Below are positions 46,983 to 51,710 of a DNA stretch of 51,710 bases, in pieces; position 1 is the first letter of the stretch; every line of letters starts with the position of its first letter. Source of the stretch: Bdellovibrionales bacterium (GTDB lineage Bacteria; Bdellovibrionota; Bdellovibrionia; Bdellovibrionales; JAGQZY01); assembly GCA_031426555.1 (NCBI GenBank), contig JANPLN010000044.1:1-51710 (forward strand), read 5' to 3'. The position numbers were made by a program, and so were the translations under genes. Below the pieces are notes generated by a model. That model was given only the letters and a program-made list of their open reading frames with translations. It searched no databases and was not told the origin of the DNA.

Positions 46983-48736
46983 TAAAAAGACTTCCTCAAA
47001 CCGAGGTTAAAAATAGTAAAGTCAGTGGTGTGTCCAGAAGTTGCACTTTTGAATCGGGTCGAGGAATAGTCTAAAAACAGCGTCATACTTTCATAACTGC
47101 GAGACGGGTCAAAACGAATGCCAACGCTGGCTCCCACTTCGCGATTGGAAAGATCAAAACTAAAATCTTGGCCTGTGGGTCCGTAACGAGCGTCAATCCA
47201 AAAACTCTCATTTTCAAAACCAACTTTGCCCTGAAACCCCACAAAGGATTTAAACCCAAAATCGAGTTCTGATTGGAACATGGTAAGGTAATAGAGGCCA
47301 ATACTGACTTTCAATGGCATGTCGTTTATGCCAACGGGAGTCGTGTAGGTAAGCCATTGATCGCCCCTAAATATGGGCGTCGCCTTAAAAAGGCCATTGT
47401 CAGGACCGTAGCCCACAGGTACGCCGAGGGTGAAGGTTCCTTGCACTTCCAAATCGACGTACAAGGGAGCGTAGATTCCAACACCCACAAGGGCACTCTG
47501 CTGCATAAAAGTTTCTTCGAGGAAACTTTGTTCCAATTCAAAATTTTGGTACCCTAGTAAAAAGTCATACTGGAATGTATTGTCGAAGACCTCGTATTTT
47601 TCCCCAGGGCGCTTCGTTAGCCAGCGACTCATCAGGCGGTTGTCTGAGTACATATTTTTTTCGAACACATAGTATTTAGAAAGTCGTTGCAATCGTTCTT
47701 CATCCGTTTCGAAACCCGAAAATCCGTACTCATTCGAAGAGAGTAGATTTTTTGGCAGCTCCGAAATTTTTCGCCGAGCCGAGTAGGCGGGAACCCAGCC
47801 GATTCTGTGGCGTAAGACGCCTTCTTTGTCGTGCAGCTTGTAACCTATTTTATAAAACAGCTGAAGAACATTTTGACGAGTGCGCATGTCGTTGACCACT
47901 GCAAACCCTGTGTCCATCAGAAAGGCTTCTACATGTTGGTCCACACGATCCAAACAGATATCGTTGCCAAGCTGACAATCTTTCCATGTCCATGGCCCAG
48001 GGCGAGAGAAGACGGGGACCGAGCTCATGTCTCGAGGTACGAGAATGTCCAGTTCAATGGAGGCTTGGTTAGTTAAAATCGTATCAAAGTTTTTCCAGTC
48101 GTAATACACAAACAGATCGGTGGGGTCGCCGCCATTTTTGCGAGCCACTTGCTTCCACAGACCCTGGTTATCACGATCCATTCGCATTTTTGAAATAAAA
48201 TCCTGACCAGTGTCGACCACCTTAATCAGCTCTCCAGGTTCGATGCGCGCAGCCGGTGCGTAAGACATGTTCATGTTTTGATAAAGATTTTTAAAGTTAT
48301 TGCTTTGAATCGGTCGAAGTTCCAGAAAGTAAACCACGTGGCGCTCGAGTTCGTTATTTTTTACTACGCCCAAACGTGTTTTGGTAACATTCTCAGGATT
48401 GTAATTGGGGCTCGGAGCGACAGATTCTCGATGGGCCGGGGCTATGGCTTCTTGTGGAGTCGGTACAACTTGCGGTGTGGCCTGAATTTCACGCATGCGC
48501 TCGTTTTCTTGTTTCATTTCAGGGTAAAGTTCTTCTAAGTTTTTTTGCTGCTGACTACCATCGATCAGTTTATTCACATTTTGCTTGGTGTCTTCATTGC
48601 GAAAGTTATTTTCCTGAGAGAAAATCGAACCAAAATGAACAGGCTCCGCTGCGTTAGCAACCGAAAAGATGCAACCTAAACTCACTATGAGTTTAAGGTG
48701 CCAGAAGAGAATCGAGGTGAGCCAAAAGCGTAACAT
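46982..48736 (-). CDS. Hypothetical outer-membrane protein with periplasmic domain and C-terminal beta-barrel
   Basis: Signal-like N-terminus from ATG 48736; C-terminal amphipathic strands ending NLGLRKSF. Confidence 0.6.
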   Translation of the reverse strand: MLRFWLTSILFWHLKLIVSLGCIFSVANAAEPVHFGSIFSQENNFRNEDTKQNVNKLIDGSQQQKNLEELYPEMKQENERMREIQATPQVVPTPQEAIAPAHRESVAPSPNYNPENVTKTRLGVVKNNELERHVVYFLELRPIQSNNFKNLYQNMNMSYAPAARIEPGELIKVVDTGQDFISKMRMDRDNQGLWKQVARKNGGDPTDLFVYYDWKNFDTILTNQASIELDILVPRDMSSVPVFSRPGPWTWKDCQLGNDICLDRVDQHVEAFLMDTGFAVVNDMRTRQNVLQLFYKIGYKLHDKEGVLRHRIGWVPAYSARRKISELPKNLLSSNEYGFSGFETDEERLQRLSKYYVFEKNMYSDNRLMSRWLTKRPGEKYEVFDNTFQYDFLLGYQNFELEQSFLEETFMQQSALVGVGIYAPLYVDLEVQGTFTLGVPVGYGPDNGLFKATPIFRGDQWLTYTTPVGINDMPLKVSIGLYYLTMFQSELDFGFKSFVGFQGKVGFENESFWIDARYGPTGQDFSFDLSNREVGASVGIRFDPSRSYESMTLFLDYSSTRFKSATSGHTTDFTIFNLGLRKSF

Positions 48737-48887
48737 GTCGAAATCTCTATCGGTCGATGAGCTCTGGAGTATTACGTCTAGGTCGAGATATCTCCCAAAA
48801 TGGGGACCTTCAGCTAGTCCCCAATTGCATGGTCTTTTATATTTTGAAACAATAGAACAATCAACCTCGTCCAAAGGCGGAACTCAA

Positions 48888-49304
48888 GTGGTTCAGTTGG
48901 CTATTTCAATTCTTATGATGGCGTGTTCGTTAACGGCCTCGGGCCAGTATAAAATACTGCAAATGTCACCCCCTGCTGCCAAAAAACATTTTAAATCTCA
49001 GTTGAGTCGCATGGATGACATCCGAAAAAATAAATTTGCAGGCTACATCGGCGAAGCCGATACCGGGATGCTGGCTATCCGTGAAATAAAAGCACTTTCA
49101 AAAGACGAACAAAAGAAAATTACCAAGTTAGTCGACGACGAAAACAAAGATCGAAAAAAAATCTATGCCATTCTCATGAAACATAACAAGCTCAACGAAA
49201 AAGAAAGAGCGATGCTGATACGCAGTGCCTACGAGACTTATAAAAACATGGATTCCAAAAAAACCTACCATTTTGAAAACAAAAAATGGCTACAAAAATT
49301 TTAG
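48888..49304 (+). CDS. YdbL/DUF1318-family exported protein
   Basis: GYIGEADTGML...LVDDENKDRKKIY motif; GTG start at 48888 gives a signal peptide. Confidence 0.7.
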   Translation: MVQLAISILMMACSLTASGQYKILQMSPPAAKKHFKSQLSRMDDIRKNKFAGYIGEADTGMLAIREIKALSKDEQKKITKLVDDENKDRKKIYAILMKHNKLNEKERAMLIRSAYETYKNMDSKKTYHFENKKWLQKF

Positions 49305-49316
49305 AGAGATAAAACG

Positions 49317-50015
49317 ATGCGCTATGTACACATTATTTTGCTGGTTTTCACCCTGTCACCCCTTGCTCAGGCGCAAACGTCGTTCCGCGGTAGTCCCTTC
49401 ACCTCGGGTTTTGGCATGAAGGGGATTCATACCTACGCTGGGTTTGGTTTTGCCGATTTTACGGTGCAAAGTCCTTCGAGTTCTTTTCGAATGGACAAAG
49501 GGGTGTTCGCATTTATCGGCGGCGAACGGGACATCAATGACGACGGAACATCGGTCACCATTTCTTTTAACTACATGACCACAGAGGGACAGGCCCTCTA
49601 CAACTACACCACACTCGGTGGGACAAATTATTCGGGATCGGATATCGCGTTCGACTCGACAAACTACCAACTTGGCCTTGGACTCAAACAAAGGTTTTTT
49701 CCCGAGAGTTGGTTTCGCCCCTATGTCGAAGTGGGCGGACTTTTTGGATACCACGAGCTTAAGTACTCCATATCCTCTGCAGATATCGTAGTCACCGGCG
49801 CCGGCGATCCCAATGGATATAAAAACAAGGACGCTTTGACCGGATTTGGCTACTACGGCGAAGGCGGCGTAGAAATTGATTTTTCTGAAAAATACGGAGT
49901 CAAAGTGGGCGGACGTTACCAGCTCACTGAAACTCGGAAGTTTGAAACCTTAGCAAACCAGGTTCTCAAATTTGAGTCGTATATTTTTCAGCTGGCCTTT
50001 TTATTGCGATTTTAA
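49317..50015 (+). CDS. Outer-membrane beta-barrel protein (OmpA/porin-like)
   Basis: Signal peptide; FRPYVEVGG, GYYGEGGVEI; C-terminal F. Confidence 0.75.
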   Translation: MRYVHIILLVFTLSPLAQAQTSFRGSPFTSGFGMKGIHTYAGFGFADFTVQSPSSSFRMDKGVFAFIGGERDINDDGTSVTISFNYMTTEGQALYNYTTLGGTNYSGSDIAFDSTNYQLGLGLKQRFFPESWFRPYVEVGGLFGYHELKYSISSADIVVTGAGDPNGYKNKDALTGFGYYGEGGVEIDFSEKYGVKVGGRYQLTETRKFETLANQVLKFESYIFQLAFLLRF

Positions 50016-50043
50016 TCCTAACGGCCCTGTCCCACTTTATATT

Positions 50044-50451
50044 CTACAACTGGGATCCTAACAAAGCCTGACGTCCTCGTATATTTTTCTGAAGTTTAAC
50101 TTTAAAAGCTTCCTTTTTGCCGTCGTTAAGAGATCTAATTTCCAGTCGGTAAGGCTGATCCTCGGGTGTTTTGCCAGCGACGATAAAATGATTCTCAATG
50201 ATTCTCAATTTTACAGGACCCTCAGACTCGGCTTCGTCGGACTGGTTTAAAAGCTCAACATCAATCGTTGAAACATCCACCTGTACGTGGTCTTGGTCGA
50301 AAATGTAAATTTGAATTGGCTGATGCTTGATGATTCGAACCGAGTAAAGATTTCCTTCGTAGTTTATTGTCTCGATCTCTCTGTAAAATGAAAAACTTTT
50401 TTGTGGGAAAAGAGTCAGAAACAAAAAGCTAAAATAAAAAATTTTCATCAT
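50044..50451 (-). CDS. Hypothetical exported protein
   Basis: GGAGG RBS; signal-like leader. Confidence 0.55.
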   Translation of the reverse strand: MMKIFYFSFLFLTLFPQKSFSFYREIETINYEGNLYSVRIIKHQPIQIYIFDQDHVQVDVSTIDVELLNQSDEAESEGPVKLRIIENHFIVAGKTPEDQPYRLEIRSLNDGKKEAFKVKLQKNIRGRQALLGSQL

Positions 50452-50594
50452 TTTGCACCTCCAATTCAGTATCGTTAAATCCTGATTTCAATGCTGCAAG
50501 ATGAGGACCCATTTTAAATCTAAATGAAGTAACGAGGATGCAAGAAGCGGGAGATTAATGGTCGCGTCTAATATCTTAAGAGAAAAATTTCCTC

Positions 50595-51155
50595 TTAAAG
50601 ATATGGATTTTCTCCTAAGGAGTGATCGGTCACATCGACGACCCTTTGAACAAAAGGAAACTCCGCTTTCAAAGCTGTTTCGACACCGTCGACCATGGTG
50701 GCTTGCGAAGAGGCGCAACCCTGACATCCTCCACCCATATGCAAATAAGCTGTCTGGCTATCAAAAGATTTCAATTCAATCCAGCCACCATGTGCGGCGA
50801 GCGACGGATTGATGTTTTGCTCGATAAAAGTCTTAATGGCGCTGGCTTCATCGCTAGCCAGGGTCGGTGCTTTTAGCACCGGTGATTTTTCCAATGTCTC
50901 ATTTTGAGAAAAGTGTTCTTCGAGGAGCCCTTGCAAAGGTTCTAAAAGAATATCCCAGTCCACCCACTCCTTCTTAGTGAGCTCCAACGTTGATGGAGTC
51001 ACCTTCAACGACTCGGTCCACGGAAAGCCAAAAAGCTTTTTCGCAATGGGAGAATTCACGGATTGCTGTGAATTGGTGATGATAAATTCATCAGCTGAAA
51101 TGGGTTTTTCAAAAGTAAAGCTATAAGTCTGTTCAGAAACCTTTAAAATTTTCAT
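50595..51155 (-). CDS. nfuA: NifU/NfuA-family Fe-S cluster carrier
   Basis: Nfu_N-like SPIAKKLF; INPSLAAHGG, GGCQGC, DVTDH..GENPY. Confidence 0.88.
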   Translation of the reverse strand: MKILKVSEQTYSFTFEKPISADEFIITNSQQSVNSPIAKKLFGFPWTESLKVTPSTLELTKKEWVDWDILLEPLQGLLEEHFSQNETLEKSPVLKAPTLASDEASAIKTFIEQNINPSLAAHGGWIELKSFDSQTAYLHMGGGCQGCASSQATMVDGVETALKAEFPFVQRVVDVTDHSLGENPYL

Positions 51156-51369
51156 AGTGAGTAATGTACCTCCGTTGTTAACTTATTGCAATCCCATCGA
51201 ATTCGAGAACTCTTTGAAATAATTTCTCAAAGTGACAAAAATTGCTCCAGTTGTTGAAAAAAAGACACGAATTGACCCTTTTCCTAACAGAGATTTGAAT
51301 CATTCCAAGGGGTTATGTAGGGTACAGTTCTTGAAAGATATATTTGCGGACAGTAATAAAAAGGAACCT

Positions 51370-51710
51370 ATGCGTAACCATTTGCTCATTCTCCTCCTCC
51401 TTATGTTCACAAGTATTTGTGGAACTGTTACTGCATTTGCTCAGGTTAAGAGTTCTGCGTTTTCAAATACTTATGATAACGACGATGCCAAGGCTAATTT
51501 ATTTACAACCGACGAAGGCAAGCTCGAAACAATTTGGCGCGCGCGTATGTACGGGGAAAGCACAGCTCTCGAAACACAAAGCGCCCAAATTGGCGGCTTT
51601 GATCTTTTTGCAGAAACTAAATATCAAATGTTAGAAACACTCGAAGCTCGCGTCTTTTTACGGGCTAAATTTGAGTCGGGTCGAAGTCAGTCGTTTTTTG
51701 GTGATATCGA
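51370..51710 (+). CDS. Exported protein, probably outer-membrane, 3'-truncated by window edge (not in ORF track)
   Basis: AAGGA RBS; MRNHLLILLLLMFTSICGTVTAFAQ signal; frame open to window end. Confidence 0.65.
   Translation, partial: MRNHLLILLLLMFTSICGTVTAFAQVKSSAFSNTYDNDDAKANLFTTDEGKLETIWRARMYGESTALETQSAQIGGFDLFAETKYQMLETLEARVFLRAKFESGRSQSFFGDI

Noticed and set aside
48669..48887. Long head-to-head overlap of ORFs 46982-48874 and 48669-49304
   Set aside because: Artefact of longest-ORF starts; signal peptides indicate starts near 48736 and 48888
51344..51634. 96-aa ORF from the track
   Set aside because: Alternative frame of the better-supported partial gene starting at 51370
1..51710. 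tRNA/rRNA genes, prophage, defence systems, reverse transcriptase
   Set aside because: No recognisable motifs by eye; intergenic gaps are short and accounted for

Overview
Gene-dense chromosomal window (about 50 CDS; no rRNA, tRNA or CRISPR seen), most likely from a Bdellovibrionota-like bacterium. That placement is an inference from FQNC-type lipoproteins, HD-GYP proteins, secreted hydrolases and many small outer-membrane barrels. Housekeeping genes include aconitase, hisS, yebC, a Maf protein, a pseudouridine synthase, ppk1, ppx, argG/argH, pyrC and an NfuA-like protein. The most striking non-housekeeping structure has three parts. (i) A REP-associated tyrosine transposase (RAYT) is bracketed by 52-bp inverted repeats built from tandem GGNACGGCGTACC mini-palindromes, filling the gap between two convergent stop codons. 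(ii) A 505-bp intergenic region holds two ~154-bp near-perfect hairpins that share a 50-bp two-eared core in opposite orientation. (iii) The gene ends facing both elements show a strand-symmetric switch to C/A-ending codons, which suggests a local ssDNA mutational footprint. Other points of interest are recurring sigma28-like promoters with a GTCTC-N5-GAGAC palindrome, a catalytically degenerate ALDH, an orphan DUF1592 protein, and argGH divergent from a secreted deiminase.
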